Part shown: positions 28,218 through 42,559 of the stretch, one piece after another
Position numbering within the stretch: position 1 is the first letter of the stretch
Layout of the letters: every line of letters starts with the position of its first letter
Source: Syncephalis fuscata S228
Taxonomy: Eukaryota > Fungi > Zoopagomycota
Assembly (NCBI GenBank): GCA_025786725.1
Contig: JAHLTZ010000016.1
Coordinates: 186,001-250,000 of the forward strand
Direction: 5' to 3'
Length of the DNA stretch: 64,000 nucleotides
The notes under the pieces: model-generated
Seen by the model: only the letters and a program-made list of their open reading frames with translations
Told to the model about the DNA's origin: nothing
Databases searched by the model: none
Program-made: the position numbers and the translations under genes

Positions 28218-29903
28218 ATGAAATTCAACGCTATTTTGATATGCCATTTAATGAGATTATGGCTCTGTGTAACTATTGCGGGAACACTTGGAATTGCGAG
28301 TGGACTGGCGTTCGTTGGACGTCATCAAGTTGAATTGGGCAATGCTAAGGCCCAAAGCAATTCCGCTCCATTAGTAGGAAAGCCTATTCCCAACTACTAT
28401 ATCGTCCATTTGAAACCAGGTGCACGAGTAGATGAATGTTAGTACATACGTGATATATAGGACTTTTTGCTAATTTGCTATTTAGTCGATGATACTTTGG
28501 AAGAGGCAATGGTACAGGCTAATACCGAAAAAAGTACTCGAAACGAACCATCAAACTCGCTGCTACATCGTTACAGTCAACCAAATGGGTTTCAAGGTTA
28601 TGCGGGCCGTTTCAATTCTGCCATGATACGTCGACTTCAGGACTCTGGCCAGATTGAAAGTATTGAGCAGGACACCATCATACATATGGCTGATCAGCAA
28701 ATGGCACCATTAGCCAATTGGGGTCTCGCACGAATATCGCATCACGCCAAATGGCAGTCAAATGAGTCATTTAACTATCCAGCCTCTGCTGGTAATGATG
28801 TAGATGTGTGGGTACTGGACACAGGTGTTAATGAGCAGTTGCCCGACTTTGAGGGAAGAGCTCATATGAAAGTTAGCTTTATACCGGGCGAACCGGCCAA
28901 TGACACCAATGGACATGGTAAGTGTTGTAAATTAATTAGCTTTATTTTGCGTATTTAATGGTATATAGGTACACATGTTGCCGGTATTGTAGCAAGTAAG
29001 ACGTATGGTGTTGCTAAAAGGGCCAATGTTTATGGCATTAAGGTTTTGAATAGTTATGGTGACGGCCGTATGTCTTATCTTCTGTCAGGGATAGAATATG
29101 CCACAAAACACGCGCGTCGCAATCACACCATCATCAATCTTTCGCTAAGCGGAGGAAAGTCCGAGGCATTAGACAAAACAGTGAAGGCAGCCTACGATGC
29201 CGGTATACCAGTCATTGTCGCGGCGGGCAATGACGAAGTTGATGCATGTGACGGATCACCGTCTGGCACACCAACTGCCTTTACCGTTGGCGCGGCAGAT
29301 AACACGGACTTGATAGCCGAGTTTTCCAATTATGGCGCTTGCGTCCGGTTATTTGCACCTGGCGTCAATATCGCCTCTTGGTGGATTGGAACAACGCCCA
29401 CTACACGTGTCATTAGTGGTACGTCTATGGCTGCGCCCCATGTAGCTGGCGCAGCGGCAATTCTTTTAGGAATAGCCAAAACTAGTAACCCGGAGATAAT
29501 ATACCAGCAATTGCTGGACTGGGCAACCGTAGATACAGTCCAAAGGCAGCCGGATGACAGCACATCTCCAAGCCGACTGCTCTACATACCGTCCGTCATT
29601 AGCAATATTTCTGTCGTCGTACCCGACACCCCGACAATAGCCAGCACTTTTTCAATTCCAAACGTAACAATTACCACCTCTAGCTCACTACCAACCACCA
29701 CAAATACAGCCAATTTATCGGCAACAGTGTTAAGCACAACAGCAAGCATTAGATCATCATCTACATCGATTCCAGAGCCCGCTCCTTCCAACATTGTGAA
29801 TAATGCAAGCAGTGCTTCTACCGCAGCGCTTCAAATCCAGCCAACATGTCATACGCTTTTGCCAAGTAGTTTATTATTAAGTTTATTTTTTGTATTAATT
29901 TAA
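28218..29903 (+). CDS. Subtilisin (S8) with S/T-rich stalk and hydrophobic C-terminus (putative GPI anchor); 2 introns
   Basis: YIVHL, LDTG, NGHG|THVAG, SGTSMAAPHVAG; tail ends LLLSLFFVLI. Confidence 0.92.
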
Positions 29904-30147
29904 CAATATACATTATAATCAGTATAATCAATAGTATTTAATGTCAATAAAGCAACAATATTTATGTATTTAAAAACACAGCAGCTATTGATAGCACATA
30001 ATATAATATGTATATTTATTTGTGTAAAAGTTCAGCAACAATAAATGAGAAATTATACTAAAATTTTTTATTAATTGGTTTACTTTAATGTTGTTAAGAA
30101 ACTAGAAATATTTGACAATGAATACTATACTACTACATAATAAACTT

Positions 30148-33100
30148 TTAAGGTTTTTTGCAAAATGAATCTTCCGACGTATACGTCGAAACTCGGCGCT
30201 CACGTAGTTCTACCACTGCAGTACGCACCGATTCCCATGTACCTCGTATAAACCGCTCAATCGAATTTTGTGACCGTAATGATGATGATCTAGTGGATTT
30301 AGAGCTAGTGCTGTCGGATCTATGTAACTCTGCCCAGGTAGTTTCCTGTCTTTTCACTCTTTCCACCTTTGTGTGCTGATTCTCACATATATTCAGTGTG
30401 GTTCGCTTGTTTTGCACTGGCTCACTTGCAAAACTAGTGGCACTCGTCTCGCTAGTAACACTGGTAGAATAGCTCGTGTCAATACTTGACGGTGTAATAT
30501 CGATCGATTCTATTGTTGTGTTACGATTGGACCATCCGTCACGAGAAGCTACCGAGCCGACCGCACGTATTAGACGGCTTGATGCGATACGGGACAAATA
30601 ATGAGCCTGCAACCGCCTATTTGGTCCATGGCTAGCTACAAGGTCACGGCGGCTATGTCGTGGCAAATTCGATATATTTGCAAATCGCACTATGGGCTGG
30701 GCAACCAGCTTTAACGATCTCAAACTATTTAACCATGTGCTGTTGTATGACATTTGCCGGTGGAAATAGTATGCGGTATTGCATAACAGCTGCTGTCCTT
30801 GCGTCACTATTAATAGTTATCTGTGTAAATTTCTACTATGCCTAGTTTTATGTAAAAACGTTACCTCTTTCGATGAATAACAATCGCATTGCGTGATGAT
30901 CATAAGAACGTCGAGACGTAGATGAAATTTGGTGATAAATATTATTGGCTGTTAGCATAGTAAAGTTTTCCTGAGCATCTTTACTAGCTATGTCGGTATT
31001 TATACGACTCCTTAATAAAAGACTAATCTCAAGTTAAATGTTTATTATCTATGAGCATAATAAGCAACATACCGAAAACGCTCGTTTCTGCATGGTTGTA
31101 TCACACCTATAACGGGAGTGATGGTCTGCATGTATTGTAGCTCATCTGTGGCATCAGTCAGAGCATCGATATAAAACAATTTCGTGTCACTCTAAAGATT
31201 TAATTAACAGTCATGCTATTGAAATGATCGGTAATTTTACCTTATATATGGCCTGCTCATAAGCATCTTGAGTGTCGTAGATGTTAACGTAAACTTGCAA
31301 ATTATTATTGTACGACTGCACATAAGTTTTACATCTATTGACTAAAGTCATGGCCAGGTCAGCTATTAGGCATTAATCAGCTAGTTTACTAACCATTCAT
31401 TTTCATCGAGGCTAGATTATCGTAAAACAAACTTCTAAATTTTAGACCATCCGACTCTTTATGTAACGAATACTGGCGAACAGTTCGTTCATTCCAGTAC
31501 CCGTTACAGTCTTGTTTGCTACCATTGTACTGAAGATAAAATCCTGTCATATTACCTAAAACAAGTCATAAATAAATTCTGATAGGTCATTTGAAAGCAT
31601 CAACCTACTTTGATATTCAACGCTTGTAAAGGATAAATCTAAAACAGACGTCCATGTAAGAAATCGAAGGCCCGATGATACTCGTTCTGCAAGCAGCACG
31701 GTATCACAGAACAAAAACAAAGTAACTGCACGTGTAGCCGTAAACGTAGCGGGTTCAATTTCACTAAGCTCCAACTGAGCCAAGAGTGTACGGGAAGCGC
31801 TGAGCAATTGTTCCTATTCGAACTATTATAAACATGTATAAAATTAATATTGTTATCGACAGACTTACTGGACATCCTTGCACAGTTGTGCGAATATTGT
31901 TTAATTGTGTTAGACGAACTTTGTCTTGATATCCGCGCAGTGATCCAATTTTATCAACAAGAGCAAGCGCTTGTACCAATAGCGGGTGATCGGCGTGCTT
32001 GATGTGCGTGTAACGAAGCAGATCTGGCAATCGAGTATATTGTTAATTTTGTAACTACTTAAGGTGTATAACCACTTACTTGTAATAATCAGTGCATATC
32101 TTGGAATACGTTGTACTGGTTGCACTAGTAAATCAGCAATGGATAGTCGATCACAACTTTTTAAATCTTGAGCTCGCTAAGCAACATATTAACTACTGTG
32201 TTTAGTCAATTAAGTCTATAATTTACCTTTAATTGTGTTTTGTATAGGCGATTAGTCTCTTGAAATTTACGAAGTGATTGTACTGCAGTGTTATAATTGT
32301 GCAAATATGACGGATAAACTGTAGATGATCTTTCAACCTATGATTTAAATTATTAGCAATTGCCTAATTGTTTCTTTTGTATTTTTACATGATATGAGAT
32401 TACTGCTACTGCACTGCCTGGATCTTGATCAGTAATTGCTTGCTCAAGCGCTTCGATAAACACTTTAGTGGTTTCTGCAACCGCGGATATGTTATAAAAG
32501 ATAGAGTTTACATAGTAGCGATCGCTGTCTCGTTGTAAGCCCGCCAGAAGCATCGAGCGTATCTTTTAAAAGTATTAGCATTTAAAAAAAAGCTATTTGA
32601 TCCACTTACTTCAACTAAAGCATCAAGCTTACGCAAATAGCTCTTTTCCGTTTCTAGCAACTCTTTAATAATTTCTTCTTTGCGTTCTTTTCTCTATTAT
32701 TGTAATTAATGCTAGTTTATCGACACTAAAATAAACTACTACTTACATTCTCAATCGTTTGTGAGGATGGCGCAAAACTTGAGGCTTCCTCTTCAATATA
32801 GGCAAGAAATGCTGGCGTGACTAGTGGCTCGCCACAAATGTCTAAAAAACTTTCTGCAGCCTGTATTCTTTCTAATCCATTGCCCATTGGATGTGTAAGA
32901 ATAACATCAATGTTTACAGATTGCTTAAACTGCAACAATAATTGCAAGTATTTAACATTTAAACAACAAAAATAATCAGCTGCTTACTATTTTTCCTTCC
33001 AAATTTTTAAGAGCTGGTATAATGCGTGGATCTTCCACAAGTTGAAGGTTCATGGCCGCTTGGACCGCTTCAAATTGCTGAATTAAACCAATATAATTAC

Positions 33101-33979
33101 ATAATATGTTTTTTTCCGAATCCGTAGCACTTTGCATTGCTTGGTTCAGTTCTGCGTGTACCTGCTCTTTGTAAACAGATAAAGCGCGATATAATTTACT
33201 GAAATTGGCGTAGGGCGAGTTACTAGACAGATCATCGGCAACAACGCCAAGTCTTCCGTCAGTTTCTTTCAGGGGTATACGAACCAGCATAAATTTCTAA
33301 ATTAAGTAATCATAAATTATTATGCAATTTGGACTGCATATTTCTTACCAAAACTGTGCGAATAAACACTATATACTCTTGACTGCTTTCACTTTCTTTT
33401 ATTATTGAAACGCACCCCCAGCCAAGGGTCGATATTTCACCAATGTAATTCTGATGATCTATTATTGCAGTAATGGTAAGAACAGTTTTGTAATTGTTTC
33501 GGTAACCGTTACCTTTGGGCACTAGCCTAGTTTTCCAAAACAATTTGGTATAGATGGATTCGTTAGTGTTTTCATTAATGGCTAGTGTCGGAGCTCCGAT
33601 TAATAAAGAACTTCGGCGGGCAGGGACTGAAGCGACGCTAGGAACTAAACCATTTTCAACTGTGAGTTGGAATTCCAGCGGTGTTACCGAGTCAATTAGC
33701 TTGCTTCTTAGCTTTGGTGTATTTGAGGTGGCCTCAGTAAGCTGAATACTGCTATCAGTGGCTAAATTAAATTGATATCCCATTTCAAGAAGATTTTGAA
33801 ATATCAACTAAACAAATAAATTAATAGGCAAATTATCATTTTTACTTTAATACACGCACACTATATTGCTCATCTTCATGTTTTGCGCGTTCTCCAGCAC
33901 GCTGGCGTCTTTGCAGCTTTTTTGATGCATGTGTTGGACTGCCTATAACAGATAAGGTTTCTGCATGGCCTAGTCCCAT
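30148..33979 (-). CDS. Dbl-homology RhoGEF (multi-exon)
   Basis: IKELLETEKSYLRKL and LLVQPVQRIPRYAL..DLLRYT motifs. Confidence 0.85.
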
Positions 33980-34631
33980 GGTACGATCAAGGGCACTAGT
34001 AGGCGCAAACATTACTGGCAGTCTTTGCAGCTAATGTTTTTATGAAATTGTAGAATTTAAACAAAATACAGTGATCTCTTTATAGTTTTTTAAAAGAAAT
34101 ACACCAAATAAAAAGGTTCATCAATCTATTTATATAAAATATCCTGCACAATTTGAGAAATGTCGATTGAAGCTAGTTCATACACCGTCTTGACGTGGTC
34201 TCATGCGTCAATAATTGTGTAATTTTAAATTGGCAACTAAGAAGCTAGTAAGGTATTGGATGGCAAAACAACCTCAGACAGTAAGGCCAAGTACTGCATG
34301 CTTTTTTATTAAAGATCGACGCGCCAACATTGGTTGACGACAGCTTTACAGACTATTTACACGTTTGCTACGCTACCAGGGCGTGTATTGTTTACATCAG
34401 CTGTACAAGGTGGTAGCGACATTGATGCCGGTGCTTAATTAAAAACGGTTTGCCAAGCTTTTTTTACTAATGAATGTGAAAATGGTAAAGAAAATACCAG
34501 GAAGCCTGGTAGACATGTATGGCAGCAAGCATCGCGTTGCATGTATTTAATTGTATCGTTCCTGTCTCTTATGCTTCGCATTCCAACCCCTTTCTTACTA
34601 TTTTTTTGCAACATTCTGTTTATCTATATTC

Positions 34632-36859
34632 ATGGCGCTCACCAGTGTGTTATCGTTTCTATTTGACTGGTCAACAATTGGTGTACTACTTGTTATTTGG
34701 CTGTTTATTAAGGTAGAATAAAGGGCATAACAAATAAAGAGATGCCTTGAATGTCTGTTTTTGTTTTTCTAACACTGCGCAGACAGTTCAACATGACATA
34801 TTATCACCATTAGCAAATGTGCCAGGACCTCGACTCTTTATTCTTCGTAAACTTAACCTTATTCTGGGCATTGTTTACAAAGATATGCCTCAACGCTGTC
34901 TACGTCAATTTCAGAAATATGGGCCTATAGTCCGTTTTGGTAATGATCCAGTACTAATTGATAAAATGTGCAATTATTAAAGACGTAAAAACAGATAGCG
35001 ATTCTGTAATGGTTGTAGACGCAGATGCAGTTGTTTTTCTTTATAGCTCTGGCCAATTTCGCAAGGCAGATAGTTACAAGGCCATGGAATTTCACCAAGA
35101 TAATATATTTTCAACCCGGTAAGTTCAAATGCACTTAAAATTACACTGCCCCCTCCATTGATTTATTGATGAAACAAACTAAATCACAATTTTAATATTT
35201 ATGTACTATTTATACCCAGTGATGCTGGATTGCATAAAAAATTGGCAAGTGTCTTATTAGATCTATGAGACCACTTGCCAAATTGCTAATTCAAGTAATT
35301 AACTGCTGTATTATAGAAGCGCATCATTAGTCCTGCATTTTCCACTCAGGCTATAGCTGAGATGGAGCCATTGGTTTACGAAATTGGTGTGGAAAATCTT
35401 GTTAAGCGAATTGATGAGTTTTCCAATTCAGGGGTTGCATTTGATTTGTTGCAATATTTAAACTATATGACTTTGGTAAACATACAAGGCATTGTGCAGC
35501 ATTTTAATGTTTATTTATGTGTAATTTAGGATATTATTGGTGAGATTACATTTGAATTCTCGTTTAGTACATTGCTTTCCAAACCAGGCGATTCGCTTCA
35601 CCAGGTAACCGAATGGATTCATCATATATCCGATTTAGGAATGTTGGTAAATAACTAATTAGCAAGCCATGTAACTTGGTTTAATGTTATTTCTCTACTA
35701 ATTAATATGTGCTAGAAATTTGCTCTTGGTCCACTTTGTAATCAATGGCTATTTCCTAAGCATTTTAGCTCAGAAAAGAAATTAGTTGAGGTAGTGGTAT
35801 AAATTGTGTTACAAGCAATAGCTGTTTAATCACAATGATAAAGTTTACAAGAACAGCAGTACAAAATTGTAAAGCGAATATTGCATTCAAATATTCAAAC
35901 AATTCAAGAAAAAGCATTTTAAACCGTCTTGTCGAGGCAGTAGACATTGACACTAATGAAAAACTCTCAGAAGACCAGCTTATCGCCGAGTCAATTGTTC
36001 AGCTGTGAGTCATTAATTGTACAAATAGAACAAACACGCTAATAAATCGGCTACTAATTGCCGAAATCGATTTTCAGTATAGCTGGCACTGAAACAACCT
36101 CTTTAACACTTATGTGGTAGGTCGTTACACACGGTGTACAAAGTAAAATTAAACCGGTTACACACAACTTGTATAGGACAATTTATTTACTTCTACAGAA
36201 TCCGGAAACATACCATTTACTAGTAGATGAGCTATACAAAGCACTCCCCGACCAACAATCCAGCATATCCCATGCTGAGATTAAAGGTCTTTCTTATCTA
36301 AATGCCGTATTGTATGAGTCAATGCGTCTTCGGCCGGTAGTACCAACAGGCAGTCCAAGACAGGTGCCGCTAGGTGGTGCCACCATTTGCGGATTTCATA
36401 TACCAGAAAAGGTGAGTCAGGCGCCGCTTATCACAATTACAGTCGAGTAACGCGGCCCATGGTGTCGTTTCAAACCAGTACGTTACCTATCCAGTTACCT
36501 ACATCGTCCATCATCTGGACAGCGTTTTCGGACCCGATCCACAGGAATTTCGACCTTCTCGCTGGTTGGACTCCAGCTCGGAACAATTAGCCGTAATGCG
36601 TCAGACCTTTCTTGGATTTTCTATTGGCACTCGCGCCTGTGTGGGCCGCAAGTAAGTAGAATATCTAAAACAAGAAAAGAAAATGAACTGTTTTAGTCTG
36701 GCCTGGCTGGAGCTGCGCTTGACACTCGCGGTGTTGATTCGGCGGTTTGATTTTTCTGTTCCAGAAGATGCCAAAGTCAATATGACACCAGCACTTGAGT
36801 TTGTCTTAAAGCCACGTGCTAGGCAGTTTTTGGTTAAAGCAGAATCAAGGCCAACTTAG
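34632..36859 (+). CDS. Cytochrome P450 (multi-exon)
   Basis: N-terminal TM anchor, PGP, AGTETTS, ESMR (ExxR), FRPSRW, heme motif FSIGTRACVG. Confidence 0.95.
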
Positions 36860-36995
36860 TGTATCAGTAATAATAGCAATGATACTCATAATAATAAAGT
36901 CGCGCATCGAACCCAAAAATATCTAGTTATTTGGCTGTCATGCCTTATTTGTCTGTTAGGCAGCAATCAAGCCATTACTTGCTTATACGTACGGC

Positions 36996-38358
36996 CACGT
37001 GCCAATACTTGAACCTAGCAACCAATAGGCTTGATAAGCATATTGATAATACAGCACTAATCTTGCTGATTGGTAGCGTAATTTGACAGTAAACTGGCTA
37101 TCGACCAAATCATAACATTGTGCAAACGAAACGCCTCATGCGCCCCGCACAAATGTCTCCAAGGCGAAGCATGTTTTATGCTGCTTTAAATGGCTTGATT
37201 CATGCCACCTCCCAATTGCCACGTGCGGCCATTTTAGCTGTTTTGATTCGCTCACGTGGGACTTGCCATATTGATTTTTTGTGATTTTTTTTACAGAAGG
37301 CACTAGCGCGTCCCACTGTCCTCATAAGGACTAGGATGTGCTAATGGATGTGCCGTGTTGTTGGCTAAAGTGTTTAGCGTACACGTGGGTCCTATAATCT
37401 ATTAAGCATAGCTATCGCCAAACGGTTATGTAGAGCGTGGTCAAGCTTGCTTTTTAGTCCAAAAGTGCCAACACAACATCTGTATTGTATGTGACGAGCA
37501 TCGGATGCTAGGATCATTGGCTTTACAGCATATTGAATTATTACTCAAGTAATCGGTGCCATGATTTTCATCTAGATAAGTATTATATTAATTTCCTTTT
37601 TGGACTACACTCATGATAAAAATTATTATTTTTTGGTAAAATGTATACCTTACCGCATCCACGTGCTAATAAATTTTATCAACTAATCAAATGGTTGCTA
37701 TAACGCTGATGATGCGAGCACTGATCCTAATGTTAGTACAAATGCTGCTGAATTTACAATTACCATTAATGACGAAAGATTCAAGTCATAAGTCATGTGT
37801 GTTGATCCATTTCCGAATGCTATCCGAATAGGTGACACATTGTGCCATCAAATCCGGTTTATTGTAGTTGCTTATCCATATAGCGGCGAATCAACCCCTC
37901 ATCCATAGTTTATTGCCTTGAACGTACCAGCTTTTAAAAGTCTTACTCGCCTCGACTAAAGGCCAGTTGCTGAATAGCCTTGAACAACCCACCAATACAA
38001 TACGTTGTACATTCCATCAGAATGCAGTCGTGTATGCTTATGCCAGTCGCGTGGTAAACATTATACCAAATGGCAATGTTAAGTAAATAGCATTCTCCGT
38101 GCTTCTATATGCGTTTCAGCCACCCTCTGAAATAATATGCTTTTCATGGCTGGCACCACATTTGCATATTTGTATGCAAAAATAGATTCCAGATGTATAT
38201 CGGAGAGTTGGCTTTCCGCTTTGGAATGTTGCTGGCTGATTATGGCTTTATTCCATGCTTAGCACAATATGTCAGCTCGTGAAACTAAAAGCCTTTGCCC
38301 TAATGTATTGCCGAATCTACACTATACTTCCACTTTTATTGTTGTACTGGCGCACGTG
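36996..38358. promoter_or_regulatory. Cluster of six CACGTG E-boxes
   Basis: CACGTG at 36996, 37220, 37253, 37382, 37660 and 38353. Confidence 0.5.
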
Positions 38359-39941
38359 TGTGCTCCAACCGCCACTTTTACATCTCTATTAGAAGAGCTG
38401 AGTTTTTGCCTATAAGACCCACCTAATAAACAGCAATAAACCCTGTATCCCATTTCTATTGAGCGCAGTATTTTGCTTTAGTTTCGTACTCCTGCCTTGA
38501 TTTACTTCTAATATCTGTGACACTTACGAGTATTGGTTTTCGGTTGAAGACGCATGAAAAATCCACCTATTCTTAACGCACCGTCCTTTGCAAGTCTCCT
38601 TGTTTTAACATAATCTTTTAGCCTTGCAGATTCTAATCAAGCGCCTCTTGTTAAAGCGTGCTTTATTATAACGAAAACTGGTTTATTAATAACTTTGAAT
38701 ACAGCTTTACATTTTGGTTTTCAATAACAACATCAGCAACAACAATAGCTACGCCGCCTATAAAGCATCATCAATCGTCGCTACACTATCCTAGTACTTT
38801 ACATTATCACACTTACTTTTACCAGCTATACTGTCTATTGACAATTACAATAGTAACAACTACAATAACCGCTATCATTAGCACCACACAACTACGCACT
38901 CAACTTTGCCCTGGCTCTACATTTTATTTGCACCAATTGAAATCCAGCGCATCTTTCTAACAACAACCCACACACACTCAATTTACAATACGCACCCACC
39001 CTCTATTCATTTACTTAAACCAAGTTTAGTGTTTCATAGTTTAAAACCAAATCACTGCTAGCTTCGACTAGGATTTTTCGGGAAATATTTTCAACTGCAC
39101 GGCGTTTCATCAGTTATAATTTGAATATTAGTTGCCCAATTACTACTTTTCCCGAATTATCGTCCGGGAAACGCCAATTGGTTTGACACATCGTATCGTT
39201 CGACATAGGCAAAAACTCAAAAACTTGGCATCCTTGAATTAGAGAAAACGTGACGCTCAAGTTCATTGCTTGCATAGTTCATTTGCAGGCTTACTCCGTG
39301 TATGAGCTATTTATTCCACGGTTTCATTGGTTTCTGCTTCTCCTCACTGTTAGTTTAATCGCTATTCATTGAAGAAACCACTTATTCAACGTTGGCTGAT
39401 AATTTAAGGCAGCACAGGTTGATCCTGCAAGATAAAGCCAAGTGATTTGTATAAAATCACTTATTGTTCTGTCACTCTTCAGTCGATCAAGCTCTGCATT
39501 GGTTACACATACAACACATCCGCACACAGCACACACTACACCATATACAGTTACTATTTAGTCTGCTCACACGGAATATTACCAACTTCAGTAACATTGC
39601 GCCATTTTCGGCGTTTTCTCCATTAGCTTTATTTTTTCTTGCAGTTGCGCTAGTTCACGCACTTACACATACAAGCGAATTCAATAACAGAATTACCTTC
39701 ATTCTACCTACACAACTGCCCTTAAGTGTTAGCGGCCAGAGTTATATTAACGCATCCACACCTATCTATCTAGAAGCTTAGAAAGACACTTTTTGTAAAA
39801 AGCTTTGCAATTCATTCATTACTACGTATTTAGTTAGCAAAATACAGAATTTTAGTTTTCATAGTGCAGCCGCGTAACATTTTGATGAACAAACAAATTC
39901 ATAACCACCCAACACAACGATTGTTTAGTGCACGTCTACCA

Positions 39942-42238
<2,297 letters not shown>

Positions 42239-42559
42239 ATCATTAATAGCTTGTTGTTCGTCGTCGCCTTTTTCTGTTCCCACCTAGCCTGATTATTACT
42301 ATTATTTCTCCTTGTATCCATGCGATTTATGTTTTTTTTAACTGCGTGATATGCATCCGCATTTCCAGGCTGCTTAGCCTTTTTTTGTTTTTTTACTATA
42401 TCTTTTCTACGGCCGTTTACTGCCCTCCTAGTATTATACGTACTAGTGCGTGCCTTGGCCACACCTTTCTTTTAGACACTCGTCTTTTATTTGGCTTTAT
42501 TTTTTTGTAGTTGTTTAGCCATTGGCATCAAGTTAATTACATTTCTGTTAGACGCACTT

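Noticed and set aside
38658-39781. ORFs 38658-38960 and 39464-39781 as genes
   Set aside because: Non-ATG starts and low-complexity T/H/L composition typical of C/A-rich UTR sequence
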